A stretch of 64,000 nt of DNA from Erysipelotrichaceae bacterium. GTDB lineage: Bacteria > Bacillota_I > Bacilli_A > Erysipelotrichales > Erysipelotrichaceae. A program made the position numbers and the translations under genes. The notes under the pieces are model-generated. The model was not told where the DNA came from, did no database searches, and saw only the letters and a list, made by a program, of their open reading frames with translations. Shown here piece by piece: positions 39,979 through 51,634 of this stretch (within the stretch, counting starts at the first letter, position 1; every line of letters begins with the position of its first letter). The DNA lies in NCBI GenBank assembly GCA_030526485.1, contig JAUNCS010000005.1:4535-68534 (forward strand), written 5' to 3'.

Positions 39979-40022
39979 ATTTCTAAAAGATTTTTTTAGA
40001 TTAATTTTATGCCTGATTTTTT
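39962..40022 (+). terminator. Leader terminator of the PTS operon (overlaps the RAT)
   Basis: aaatcaggcat (39962-39972) pairs with atgcctgattt (40009-40019). Inner pairing tctaaaa/ttttaga. Followed by a T run. Confidence 0.8.
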
Positions 40023-40043
40023 GTTGCTTGAAAGGAGGTAAAT

Positions 40044-40523
40044 ATGTTTAATTTCTTTAAAAAGGACAGTTCTAATGAAATCTATGCTGTATGTGATGGC
40101 TTATGTATTCCACTGGAAGAAGTTAAGGATGAAGTTTTTGCTTCAAAAGCCATGGGCGATGGTGTAGCTATTATTCCTGATAGTTCAGAAATCGTAGCAC
40201 CTTGCGATGGCGAATTAACACTTGTTGCTAATACTGGCCATGCCTTTGGCATGACAACTAAAGATGGTGTAGAAATTCTGGTTCATATTGGAATCGATAC
40301 TGTTCATTTAGGTGGTGAGGGCTTTACAGTTTTATGTGCTACTAACGACAGCGTTAAGAAGGGTCAGCCATTAATCAGATTTGATTACGATTTCATGAAA
40401 TCAAAAAACATCGATATGACTACCATGATTATTCTTTTATCAAGAGATAAAACAATTGATAAGTATTCTCATCAGAATCGTTTATCTAATGGTAAAGATG
40501 TAGCATTTTCTTTTGTAAAATAA
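40044..40523 (+). CDS. PTS glucose-family EIIA component
   Basis: TGHAFG and VHIGIDTV histidine motifs, 159 aa. SD aaaggagg. Confidence 0.9.
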   Translation: MFNFFKKDSSNEIYAVCDGLCIPLEEVKDEVFASKAMGDGVAIIPDSSEIVAPCDGELTLVANTGHAFGMTTKDGVEILVHIGIDTVHLGGEGFTVLCATNDSVKKGQPLIRFDYDFMKSKNIDMTTMIILLSRDKTIDKYSHQNRLSNGKDVAFSFVK

Positions 40524-40531
40524 TTATTACT

Positions 40532-41356
40532 ATGAAAGCTATTAAAATCTACAGTAATAATGCTGTTTCCACTTTAATCAACAATAAGGAAGCAATTCTT
40601 ATTGGCCCGGGTATCGGCTTTGGTCTTAAGCCTGGCAATGATATCGATCCAAAAAGAATTGAAAAGAAGTACTATATTCAAGATTCTTTACAAACCAAAT
40701 TCCTGCAGCTTTTAGATGAAGCTAAACCAGAAGCTTTAAGGGCTTCAGAGCTGATTCTAAAACACGCTTTGGAAGAAGGCTTATCGGTAAAGAACCAGCT
40801 GATCATTTCTTTAACTGACCATATCAGTTTCGCAATGGAAAGACTGGAAAATGATATTGAACTTCCTTATCTGATGTTGAATGAAACAAAACTGCTTTAT
40901 CCAAAGGAATTTGAAATTGGCTGCTGGGCCATCGAATTATTAAACAAAGAGTTTAATATCAAGCTTCCAAAATATGAAGCTGGTTATATTGCTTTACAGT
41001 TAACCAGTTCTTCAATGGATAGAAACACCAGCTATATGATTCTTAAGATGGTCAATGGTATCTTCAATATTGTTTCTGAAACATATTCGATTGATATGAA
41101 CGATGATGAAATCGATACTATGCGTCTTAGTACTCATTTAAAATTTTTAGCTCAACGTATTTTCTCTAAAGCACAATGGGAAGAAGAGCAAATGCCTGAT
41201 TTGTATGAAATGCTTCTTAAGTACAACAGTAAAAATCAGGAATGTATTAATAAAATCAGCACGTATATAGAAGAACAGTTTAAGTACACTATCAACTCTC
41301 AAGAAAAGGTGTATTTACTGGTTCACATTAACAAAATTATTAAAAAAGGGGTTTAA
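40532..41356 (+). CDS. BglG/LicT-family transcription antiterminator (CAT domain plus two PRDs)
   Basis: N-terminal CAT domain KIYSNNAVSTLINNKEAILIGPGIGFG. PRD histidines LTDHISFAMERL and STHLKFLAQRI. Confidence 0.9.
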   Translation: MKAIKIYSNNAVSTLINNKEAILIGPGIGFGLKPGNDIDPKRIEKKYYIQDSLQTKFLQLLDEAKPEALRASELILKHALEEGLSVKNQLIISLTDHISFAMERLENDIELPYLMLNETKLLYPKEFEIGCWAIELLNKEFNIKLPKYEAGYIALQLTSSSMDRNTSYMILKMVNGIFNIVSETYSIDMNDDEIDTMRLSTHLKFLAQRIFSKAQWEEEQMPDLYEMLLKYNSKNQECINKISTYIEEQFKYTINSQEKVYLLVHINKIIKKGV

Positions 41357-41357
41357 A

Positions 41358-42914
41358 ATGAAAAACAAAATAATGAAGGCTTTAGAAACTTTCGCTAAAG
41401 CAATGGTTCAGCCTTTAATGTATTTATCAGTTGCTGGTATCGTACTTGCAATTGGTGCATTACTGACTAACAGCACAATCACTGGTATGCTTCCATTCTT
41501 ACAGTGGGGTCCAATCCAGGTTGTAGCTAAATTAATGTATGAAACAATGATGATGATCATCAATAACCTTGGTGTATTATTCGTTATCGGTATTCCAGCT
41601 GCATTAGCTAAAAAGGATAAGCATCAGGCTGGTCTTATCGGTTTTATCTCTTACTTAATGTATCTTAAGACTTCAAATATCTTACTAAGTGTTACTGGTA
41701 ACATGGCTACTCCAAACCCAATGATCGGTTTATATGGTACAGGTCAGGCTACTATCCTTGGTATTCAGGTAGTTGATATGTCTGTATTTGGCGGTATCGT
41801 ATTAGGTTGCTTAACTGGCTATGTTTTCAATAAGACTTGCAACAAGCAGTTTAAGGGCGCTATGACTATCTACTCTGGTGTTAGATATTCATTCTTCTTA
41901 ATGATCATCGTATCTATCTGCTTCGGTTTCTTCGGCAACTATGTATGGCCGTTCGCTCAAAAGGGTATTTCAGCTCTTACATTATTCATCAAGAATACTG
42001 GTACATTTGGCTTATTCATCTATGGTTTCCTAGAAAGATTATTAATTCCTACAGGTCTACATCACCTTGTATATACTCCATTCCAGTTCACTGACTTTGG
42101 TGGTGTATTACAGCTTGGTGAAACAACTGTTGTTGGTGCATATCCAATCGCTATGACTGAATTAAATCTTCCAGTCGCAAAACTTTCTGAATCTATTTAC
42201 TATAACTGCTTAGGCTTTGTTAAGATGTTCGGTTACATCGGTATCGGTTTAGCATTCATCCATACTGCAAAACCTGAAAACAAGGCAAGAGTAAAAGCTA
42301 TGATTATCCCTCTAGTAATCACTTCAGTATTAGCTACTATTACTGAACCTCTAGACTTCATGTTCATCTTCGTAGCTCCATTACTATACGTAGTACACTC
42401 TGCATTAGCCGGTTTATTCATCGCTCTATTAAAGATCTTTAACGTAACTGCATTCTGTGGTGGTAACCTGATCGCTTCTACATTATTAAACTTAGCAGCT
42501 GGTGTTTCTAAGACTAACTGGCCAATGATGTATGTTTTAGGTCTAATTCAGATCGTTGTATACTTTGTAGTATTTACATTCTTAATCAAGAAGTTCAACT
42601 TCAAGACTCCAGGTAGAGAAGATGATACAGTTGATACTTCTAAGGATAAAGAACCTGCAAAGGCTGTAGATCTAAAGAGTGATATCGCTTCATTGGTTGC
42701 TGGTTTAGGTGGCAAGGAAAATATCTTAGCACTTGAAAACTGCTTTACAAGATTAAGAATCAACGTTAAGGATGCTGAAAAGATTAATGAAGAATTAATC
42801 AATAAGGCTCCTAACTCAGGTATTGTTAAAAAAGGAAATGACATTCAGGTAATCTTTGGTTTACAGGTTCCAGAAGTAAAATCTGCTGTAGAAGATTACT
42901 TAGCTAATTGCTAA
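41358..42914 (+). CDS. PTS glucose/maltose/alpha-glucoside family EIICB component
   Basis: About 10 TM segments in the EIIC part. C-terminal EIIB with LENCFTRLRINV active-site Cys. Confidence 0.9.
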   Translation: MKNKIMKALETFAKAMVQPLMYLSVAGIVLAIGALLTNSTITGMLPFLQWGPIQVVAKLMYETMMMIINNLGVLFVIGIPAALAKKDKHQAGLIGFISYLMYLKTSNILLSVTGNMATPNPMIGLYGTGQATILGIQVVDMSVFGGIVLGCLTGYVFNKTCNKQFKGAMTIYSGVRYSFFLMIIVSICFGFFGNYVWPFAQKGISALTLFIKNTGTFGLFIYGFLERLLIPTGLHHLVYTPFQFTDFGGVLQLGETTVVGAYPIAMTELNLPVAKLSESIYYNCLGFVKMFGYIGIGLAFIHTAKPENKARVKAMIIPLVITSVLATITEPLDFMFIFVAPLLYVVHSALAGLFIALLKIFNVTAFCGGNLIASTLLNLAAGVSKTNWPMMYVLGLIQIVVYFVVFTFLIKKFNFKTPGREDDTVDTSKDKEPAKAVDLKSDIASLVAGLGGKENILALENCFTRLRINVKDAEKINEELINKAPNSGIVKKGNDIQVIFGLQVPEVKSAVEDYLANC

Positions 42915-42932
42915 ACGAAAGGAATTTATTAA

Positions 42933-44297
42933 ATGATTATTACAATTGTTGGTGGTGGTAGTACCTTTACAGCTGGTATTGTAAAATCTATCGCCCTAAG
43001 AAAAGATGAATTAGAAGTTGATGAAATTCGACTATTCGATTTAGATGCCGAAAGACAAAACAAGGTAGCTGTAGTAGTTAAATACGTTTTAGATGTTGAA
43101 TTAAAGAGCGGTATTAAGCTAACAGTTACTACAGATAAAGAAGAAGCATATAAGGATGCTGACTTCATCTTCGCTCAGATGCGTGTTGGTAAATACGCTA
43201 TGAGAGAAATGGATGAAAAAATTCCACTAAAACATGGCTGTGTAGGTCAGGAAACTTGTGGCTGTGGTGGTTTAGCATATGGTATGCGTACTATCTTCCC
43301 GATGATTGAAGTTATTGATGACGCTGAAAAGTGGGCTAAGCCAAGCTACTGGATTCTTAACTATTCAAATCCTGCTTCAATCGTTTCTGAAGCTTGCAGA
43401 AAGCTTAGACCAAATGCTCGTATCATCAATATCTGTGATATGCCTATCGCTATCATTGATGTAGTTGCTGCTGCCTTAAATATTAAGGATAGAGAAAATA
43501 TCGTTTATGACTACTTTGGTCTAAACCACTTCGGCTGGTTTACTTCTATTGAATATAAGGGTGAAGACATCATGGGCAAATTACGTGACTACGTAATGGA
43601 ACATGAAATCTTATTACCAGATGCTTACTTAAAGGATAAGGCTGCCTTAAATGTTAAGCCAAAAGAAGGTCAAAACCGTCATACAAAGGGTAGCTGGTAT
43701 TATGTTTGGAAGGGTATCTATGAAATCATGGCTAACTTCCCTGAAACATTACCTAATACTTACTTAAACTACTACTTACAGTGCAAGGAATTTGTTGAAC
43801 ACTCAGATCCTACACATACTAGAGCTAACGAAGTAATGGAATCAAGAGAAAAGAACCTGTTTGATGGTATTGATAAATACCTGGAAACTGGTATCGTTGA
43901 TGAAAAGACTTTCTATGCCGGCAGCCATGGTGACTGGATTGCTGACTTAGCAGTAGCTTTAAAGAATGATACTAAGGCAAGATTCCTTGTTATTACTGAA
44001 AACAGAGGCACAATTCCTAATATGCCATATGATGCAATGGTTGAAGTACCAGCATATATCGGTAAGAATGGTCCAGAAGTTATTTCGCAAAAGGAAATTC
44101 CTTTATTTGAACAGGGCTTAATGATGCAGCAGTTAAACAGTGAAAAACTACTTGTTGAAGGTTGTATTGAAGGCTCATATGAAAAGGTATTAAAGGCCTT
44201 CACATTAAATAAGACAGTTCCTAGTATGAATGTTGCTAAGGCTGTACTTGATGAAATGATTGAGGCTAATAAGGGTTTCTGGCCTGAATTAAAATAA
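42933..44297 (+). CDS. GH4 family 6-phospho-glucosidase (probably 6-phospho-alpha-glucosidase, GlvA/MalH-like)
   Basis: MIITIVGGGSTFTAG NAD-binding N terminus, VGQETCGCGG, NICDMP. Alpha specificity is inferred from the glucose-family EIICB partner. Confidence 0.8.
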   Translation: MIITIVGGGSTFTAGIVKSIALRKDELEVDEIRLFDLDAERQNKVAVVVKYVLDVELKSGIKLTVTTDKEEAYKDADFIFAQMRVGKYAMREMDEKIPLKHGCVGQETCGCGGLAYGMRTIFPMIEVIDDAEKWAKPSYWILNYSNPASIVSEACRKLRPNARIINICDMPIAIIDVVAAALNIKDRENIVYDYFGLNHFGWFTSIEYKGEDIMGKLRDYVMEHEILLPDAYLKDKAALNVKPKEGQNRHTKGSWYYVWKGIYEIMANFPETLPNTYLNYYLQCKEFVEHSDPTHTRANEVMESREKNLFDGIDKYLETGIVDEKTFYAGSHGDWIADLAVALKNDTKARFLVITENRGTIPNMPYDAMVEVPAYIGKNGPEVISQKEIPLFEQGLMMQQLNSEKLLVEGCIEGSYEKVLKAFTLNKTVPSMNVAKAVLDEMIEANKGFWPELK

Positions 44298-44301
44298 GAG
44301 A

Positions 44302-44332
44302 AAATTGCTATCCAATGGGTAGCAATTTTTTT
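44302..44332 (+). terminator. Rho-independent terminator after the PTS/GH4 operon
   Basis: aaattgctatcc / gggtagcaattt stem (one G-U pair), then TTTT. Confidence 0.8.
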
Positions 44333-44343
44333 ATTAAAACTTT

Positions 44344-44370
44344 TTAGCAAACTTTGTTGACAAGTGCTAA
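44344..44370. promoter_or_regulatory. Distal CIRCE-like element TTAGCAAAC-N9-AAGTGCTAA overlapping the -35
   Basis: Compared with TTAGCACTC-N9-GAGTGCTAA: left arm 7/9, right arm 8/9. Confidence 0.5.
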
Positions 44371-44385
44371 GAGTAGCGTTAAGAT
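44357..44385 (+). promoter_or_regulatory. Sigma-A promoter TTGACA-17 nt-TAAGAT of the hrcA operon
   Basis: -35 at 44357-44362, -10 at 44380-44385. Confidence 0.65.
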
Positions 44386-44386
44386 A

Positions 44387-44413
44387 TTAGCAGATAAAGA
44401 AAAGGAGTGCTAA
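44387..44413. promoter_or_regulatory. Proximal CIRCE element TTAGCAGAT-N9-GAGTGCTAA
   Basis: Right arm 9/9, left arm 6/9, exact 9-nt spacer. Lies immediately downstream of the -10. Confidence 0.7.
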
Positions 44414-44428
44414 AGGAGGTAGTCGAAT

Positions 44429-45442
44429 ATGATGACACAAAGAATGGTTGAAATCCTGAAAGCGATTGTTGACGAGTTCGTAGATACAGCTGAACCGGTT
44501 GCTTCTAAGACTTTAGTCGACAAATATAAATTGCCATATTCAAGCGCTACAATCCGTAACGATATGGCAATCCTGGAAGCTGAGGGCTTTATTGAAAAGC
44601 CTCATACTTCAGCTGGTCGAATCCCATCTAATAAGGGTTACAAATACTATTGTGAACACTTATTGAATAAGAATATGGATGATGAGATCAAATATGCTGT
44701 CAGCAATATCTTCTCAGATTCAGGAATGAATGTTGAAGATTGCGTTAAACAGTCTTGTCGAATGATTTCTGATATGACTAACTTAACAAGTGGTGTCCTG
44801 GGTCCTAGCTCAAAGTCACAGACACTTGAACATATCTCAGTCTTCCCATTAGACAATAAGACAGCGGTATGTATCTTTATCACTAATACAGGTCATACGG
44901 AAAATAAAACATTTAATTTCCATGATGAAATCTCAGCTGAGGACATCAAGACTTGTACAGATATCCTGAATGATCGCTTAAAGGGAACACCAATTAGCGA
45001 ACTTAAGGAAAAGCTGGAATCTATTAAACCGATTCTGGTAGGTAGTGTTAAACGACATGAAATGTTGTTTAATGCCTTCATTGGCGCCTTTACAAAGTTC
45101 GCCAGTGAAAAACTTTATTTCTCTGGTACCAGCAAACTGATGTACCAGCCGGAGTATTCAGATATTGAAAAGCTTAAAAACTTAATTTCAATATTTGATA
45201 ATCCAGAAAGATTAAAGGAAGTTGTAGCCGTTGAAAATAACGATCCAAATATGACAGCTATTACCACAACAGGTGCTGAACTTATATGGAAAGATGATAT
45301 GGCTATCGTTACTACCGAAATCAAGCTTAATCGTTCAGAAATCGGCCGTTTGATGGTAGTTGGTCCTAGACGCATGGAATACAATCGTGTTCTGGCATTG
45401 ATGGATTTTATCTCAAAACAGATTGAGAACATTTATAAATAG
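44429..45442 (+). CDS. hrcA: Heat-inducible transcription repressor HrcA
   Basis: Typical N terminus QRMVEILKAIVDEFVDTAEPVASKTL. Heads the hrcA-grpE-dnaK-dnaJ order. Confidence 0.95.
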   Translation: MMTQRMVEILKAIVDEFVDTAEPVASKTLVDKYKLPYSSATIRNDMAILEAEGFIEKPHTSAGRIPSNKGYKYYCEHLLNKNMDDEIKYAVSNIFSDSGMNVEDCVKQSCRMISDMTNLTSGVLGPSSKSQTLEHISVFPLDNKTAVCIFITNTGHTENKTFNFHDEISAEDIKTCTDILNDRLKGTPISELKEKLESIKPILVGSVKRHEMLFNAFIGAFTKFASEKLYFSGTSKLMYQPEYSDIEKLKNLISIFDNPERLKEVVAVENNDPNMTAITTTGAELIWKDDMAIVTTEIKLNRSEIGRLMVVGPRRMEYNRVLALMDFISKQIENIYK

Positions 45443-45453
45443 AAAGGAAGCTC

Positions 45454-47807
<2,354 letters not shown>

Positions 47808-47858
47808 TTAAGTGCGGTCATTTGACCGCTCTTACTCATAAGGAAAGGAAGGTAATTT

Positions 47859-48983
47859 ATGGCTAAAAGAGACTACTATGAAGTACTTGGCATTTCCAAA
47901 GGTGCTACAGCCGATGAAATTAAAAGAAGCTATCGTAAGTTAGCCAAAAAATATCATCCGGATGTAAATAAGGAAGAAGGCGCTGAAGAAAAATTCAAGG
48001 AAGTAAATGAAGCCTATGAAGTTCTAAGTGATGAAAACAAAAAAGCTATCTATGACCAGTATGGACATGCGGGTCTGGAAAATGGCGGCATGGGCTCAGG
48101 CTTTGGCGGATTTAGCGGCGGCTTCGAAGATTTAGGTGATATATTCTCATCTTTCATGGGAGGAGGCTTCTCAGACTTCGGCTTTGGTGGCAGAAGTTCT
48201 AGACAGTCAGGTCCAATGAAGGGTTCTAACCGTTATCTGCAGATTGAAATTGAATTCCTTGAAGCAGTTAAGGGTGTTACAAAAACTATTAATATTGCGG
48301 TAGATCGCAAGTGTGAAAAATGTAATGGAACTGGAGCTAAATCTAGTTCTGATATCGAAACATGTTCAACATGTCGCGGTACCGGTAAGGTTACCCGCCA
48401 ACAAAGAACCATGTTAGGCGTAATGCAGACGGTAGCTGATTGTCCAGACTGTAATGGTACTGGTAAGCGAATTAAGGCTAAATGTAGCGAATGTAATGGC
48501 AAGGGCTATAAGAATGTCAAAGAAAAAGTTGAGGTTAATATCCCGGCTGGTATCGCTTCAGGACAGCAGGTTAGACTGCAGGGCTATGGCGAACGTGGCT
48601 TAAATGGCGGTCCTAATGGTGACTTATATCTGGAAATCATTGTCAGACCTCATAAATTCTTTGTAAGAGATGGTAATGATATCTATATTGAAGTACCTAT
48701 CTCAGCGGTAGACGCAACACTTGGTACAACGATTGATGTACCAACATGCAATGGCGAAGTTACTTTAAATATTCCAGCTGGCTCACAACCTGGTCAAAAA
48801 CTAAGACTGGCAGGCTATGGTGTCAAGAGTCTAAGAGGCTCAGGCACAGGCGATCAGTATGTTCAGTTAAAGGTAGAAATTCCTACTAAGCTGACTAAGG
48901 AAGAAAAGGAACTTTATGAAAAACTGCAGGGTCACCATAAGAGTGAATCTGTATTTGAAAAATTTAAGAAAGCTTTTAAGTAA
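47859..48983 (+). CDS. dnaJ: Molecular chaperone DnaJ
   Basis: J domain with HPD, G/F region, four CxxCxGxG zinc motifs. Confidence 0.97.
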   Translation: MAKRDYYEVLGISKGATADEIKRSYRKLAKKYHPDVNKEEGAEEKFKEVNEAYEVLSDENKKAIYDQYGHAGLENGGMGSGFGGFSGGFEDLGDIFSSFMGGGFSDFGFGGRSSRQSGPMKGSNRYLQIEIEFLEAVKGVTKTINIAVDRKCEKCNGTGAKSSSDIETCSTCRGTGKVTRQQRTMLGVMQTVADCPDCNGTGKRIKAKCSECNGKGYKNVKEKVEVNIPAGIASGQQVRLQGYGERGLNGGPNGDLYLEIIVRPHKFFVRDGNDIYIEVPISAVDATLGTTIDVPTCNGEVTLNIPAGSQPGQKLRLAGYGVKSLRGSGTGDQYVQLKVEIPTKLTKEEKELYEKLQGHHKSESVFEKFKKAFK

Positions 48984-49000
48984 GGAGTAATCCTTACTTA
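48977..49000 (+). other. 10-bp perfect hairpin at the dnaJ stop without a 3' U tract (possible weak terminator or RNA-stabilising stem)
   Basis: taagtaagga / tccttactta with loop gtaa, followed by an A run rather than a T run. Confidence 0.4.
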
Positions 49001-49014
49001 AAAAAGCTCTTCAA

Positions 49015-49041
49015 TTAGCACTTAAGTATGTAGAGTGCTAG
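49015..49041. promoter_or_regulatory. CIRCE element TTAGCACTT-N9-GAGTGCTAG upstream of clpB
   Basis: 8/9 and 8/9 matches to TTAGCACTC-N9-GAGTGCTAA. Lies 14 nt upstream of the clpB ATG region (SD aaagga). Confidence 0.7.
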
Positions 49042-49054
49042 AAAGGATATAAAT

Positions 49055-51604
49055 ATGAATTTTGAAACTATGACTGAAAAACTGCAAAAGGTCTTAATCA
49101 AGGCTCTTACTATCTGTAAAGATAATGGTAATCCTGAACTTACAAATGAACATATGATTAAAGCATTTCTTGATGATGAGGATGTTTTAAGTATTCTTTC
49201 AAAACTTAAAACAGATCTTAATCCCTTAAGAAACTGTACAAATGATTATATTGAAAAACTTCCTGTTAATAATGGCAACAGCGAACCTACAATCAATCGA
49301 TATGTTATTGAATCCTACAATAAGGCCAATAAAGTATCTAAAGAAAAGGGCAATAAGTACCTTGGCGCTTTGGATTTCTTCTCATGTCTTTTATTCAATG
49401 ATTCTGTATTCTGTAAGAATCTTAGAAAGTTATGCAACTTTAATGAAAAACAGTTAAATGAGGCTATTTCTAATTCCTATGGTTCTACTATTAACTCTCA
49501 GGAAGATGAAAACAATCTTAACCCATTAGAAAAGTATGGTCGTAACCTAGTTGATGATGTCCGTAATGGTAAAGTTGATCCGGTAATTGGTCGAGATGAT
49601 GAAATCAGAAGAGTCATTGAAATCTTATCTCGAAAGACTAAGAACAATCCGGTTTTAATTGGTGAACCAGGTGTTGGTAAGACAGCGATTGCTGAAGGAT
49701 TGGCCTGGCGTATCTTTAATGGCGATGTACCATTATCTTTAAAAGATAAAGATTTATATGAACTGGATATGGGCTCTTTGATTGCTGGTGCCAAATATCG
49801 TGGTGAATTTGAAGAAAGACTAAAATCAGTGCTTAAAGCTGTTAAAGACAAGGATGGTCAGATTATCCTCTTTATTGATGAAATTCATAATCTGGTAGGT
49901 GCTGGTAAGACTGATGGTGCCATGGATGCAGCTAACTTATTAAAGCCAATGCTGGCCCGTGGTGAATTAAAATGTATTGGTGCCACAACCTTTGATGAAT
50001 ACCGCCAGTATATTGAAAAAGATGCTGCCTTAGAAAGAAGATTCCAGAAAGTTACTGTTGATGAACCAAGTGTTGAAGAAACTATTTCGATTCTAAGAGG
50101 TCTAAAGGACCGCTTTGAAGCTCACCATGGTGTAAGTATCAAGGATGAAGCAATTATTGCTTCAGCCAGTTTATCAAATAGATATATAACAGATCGCTTC
50201 CTGCCAGATAAGGCCATCGACTTAATTGATGAAGCCTGTGCCGCCACCAGAGTTGAGATGGATTCGATGCCTACAGAACTATATGAGCTTGAACATAAGA
50301 AGAAACAGCTGGAAATTGAAGAAGTATCTTTAAAGAAAGAAACTGATGATGAAAAGGCTCTATTAAGATTAAAAGACTTACAGGATGATTTGGCAGAAGT
50401 AAATAAGAAATATGATGAACTTCATGAAAGATGGGTCAAGGAAAAGGCTTCTCTTGTGGGTGTTAAAACACTGAAAGAAGACCTGGAAAAGGCACGTCTA
50501 GAATATGCCAGTGCTGATAAGGAAGGGGACTTAAACAGGGCTTCTGAACTTAAATATGGAATTATTCCTAGCCTGGAAAAGAAGCTTGCTGAAGCCAAGG
50601 AAATCGATACTTCCAACAATATGCTTAAGGAAGTAGTGGATGAAGAAAGTATTGCCAAGGTTGTATCTAAATGGACTCATATCGAAATTGGCAAGCTGAT
50701 GTCTACTGAAAGGGAAAAACTGCTTAAATTAGACGAAATTCTATCTGAACGTGTTATGGGTCAGGATGAAGCTTTAAACCTTGTCAGTGACGCTATATTA
50801 AGAAATAAGGCTAATATTGGTGATACAAACAGACCGATTGGTTCCTTCCTGTTCTTGGGTCCAACTGGTGTAGGTAAGACCGAAGTAGCCAAGGCACTTG
50901 CTGAACAGCTGTTTGATGATGAAAGCAAGATTGTCAGAATAGATATGTCTGAATATATGGAAAAGTATTCAGTTTCCCGTTTAATTGGTGCGCCTCCTGG
51001 CTATGTGGGCTATGAAGAAGGTGGCCAGTTAACTGAAGCAGTAAGAAGAAAACCATATTCAATTGTTCTGTTAGATGAAATTGAAAAAGCTCATCCGGAT
51101 GTCTTTAATATCCTGTTACAGATACTGGATGATGGCCGTATCACTGATTCTAAGGGTGTAACTGTCGACTTTAAGAATACTGTTATCATTATGACAAGTA
51201 ATCTGGGCAGTGAATTTGCCTTTGAAGAAAATAAGGAACTAAAAGCCAAGCAGTATGACAATACGATTAAAGCTGCCTTTAAGCCGGAATTTATCAATCG
51301 AATTGATGAAATCATCATCTTTAATCCATTAAATGAAGTAGTAATTAAGGATATCGCCAATAAGTTTATCAAGCAGTTGGCTAAGCGATTAAAGGAAAAT
51401 GATATCAATATGAATATCAGTGATGCTACTTTAGCTAAGATCAGCAAGGATGGCTTTGATCCTTTATATGGTGCCAGACCTATGAAGCGTCATATTCAAA
51501 GAGAAATCGAATCAAAGCTGGCCAGATATCTGATAGCTAATCCTAATGCCCGCAATATCGAAATTGATGTAAATGACGATACATATACTATTAAGGACTT
51601 CTAA
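49055..51604 (+). CDS. clpB: ATP-dependent disaggregase ClpB
   Basis: Two AAA+ modules ([10 protein letters not shown] and GPTGVGKTE) separated by a long coiled-coil M domain. 849 aa. Confidence 0.97.
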   Translation: MNFETMTEKLQKVLIKALTICKDNGNPELTNEHMIKAFLDDEDVLSILSKLKTDLNPLRNCTNDYIEKLPVNNGNSEPTINRYVIESYNKANKVSKEKGNKYLGALDFFSCLLFNDSVFCKNLRKLCNFNEKQLNEAISNSYGSTINSQEDENNLNPLEKYGRNLVDDVRNGKVDPVIGRDDEIRRVIEILSRKTKNNPVLIGEPGVGKTAIAEGLAWRIFNGDVPLSLKDKDLYELDMGSLIAGAKYRGEFEERLKSVLKAVKDKDGQIILFIDEIHNLVGAGKTDGAMDAANLLKPMLARGELKCIGATTFDEYRQYIEKDAALERRFQKVTVDEPSVEETISILRGLKDRFEAHHGVSIKDEAIIASASLSNRYITDRFLPDKAIDLIDEACAATRVEMDSMPTELYELEHKKKQLEIEEVSLKKETDDEKALLRLKDLQDDLAEVNKKYDELHERWVKEKASLVGVKTLKEDLEKARLEYASADKEGDLNRASELKYGIIPSLEKKLAEAKEIDTSNNMLKEVVDEESIAKVVSKWTHIEIGKLMSTEREKLLKLDEILSERVMGQDEALNLVSDAILRNKANIGDTNRPIGSFLFLGPTGVGKTEVAKALAEQLFDDESKIVRIDMSEYMEKYSVSRLIGAPPGYVGYEEGGQLTEAVRRKPYSIVLLDEIEKAHPDVFNILLQILDDGRITDSKGVTVDFKNTVIIMTSNLGSEFAFEENKELKAKQYDNTIKAAFKPEFINRIDEIIIFNPLNEVVIKDIANKFIKQLAKRLKENDINMNISDATLAKISKDGFDPLYGARPMKRHIQREIESKLARYLIANPNARNIEIDVNDDTYTIKDF

Positions 51605-51622
51605 ATGAAGTCCTTTTTCTTT
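51593..51622 (+). terminator. Rho-independent terminator of clpB
   Basis: aaggacttc / gaagtcctt 9-bp stem with loop taaat, then tttctttac. The loop contains the ATG at 51605. Confidence 0.75.
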
Positions 51623-51634
51623 ACAATTAGATAT

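Noticed and set aside
43913-44350. 145-aa ORF antisense to the GH4 gene that starts inside the operon terminator
   Set aside because: It lies entirely opposite a well-supported CDS, its start sits in a terminator hairpin, and it has no SD or -10 box. The sequence is not protein-like.
49498-51447. 117-aa, 78-aa and 118-aa ORFs antisense to clpB
   Set aside because: Shadow ORFs within clpB. They are Ser/Leu/Ile-rich translations typical of the reverse frame of AT-rich, GAA/AAA-rich genes.
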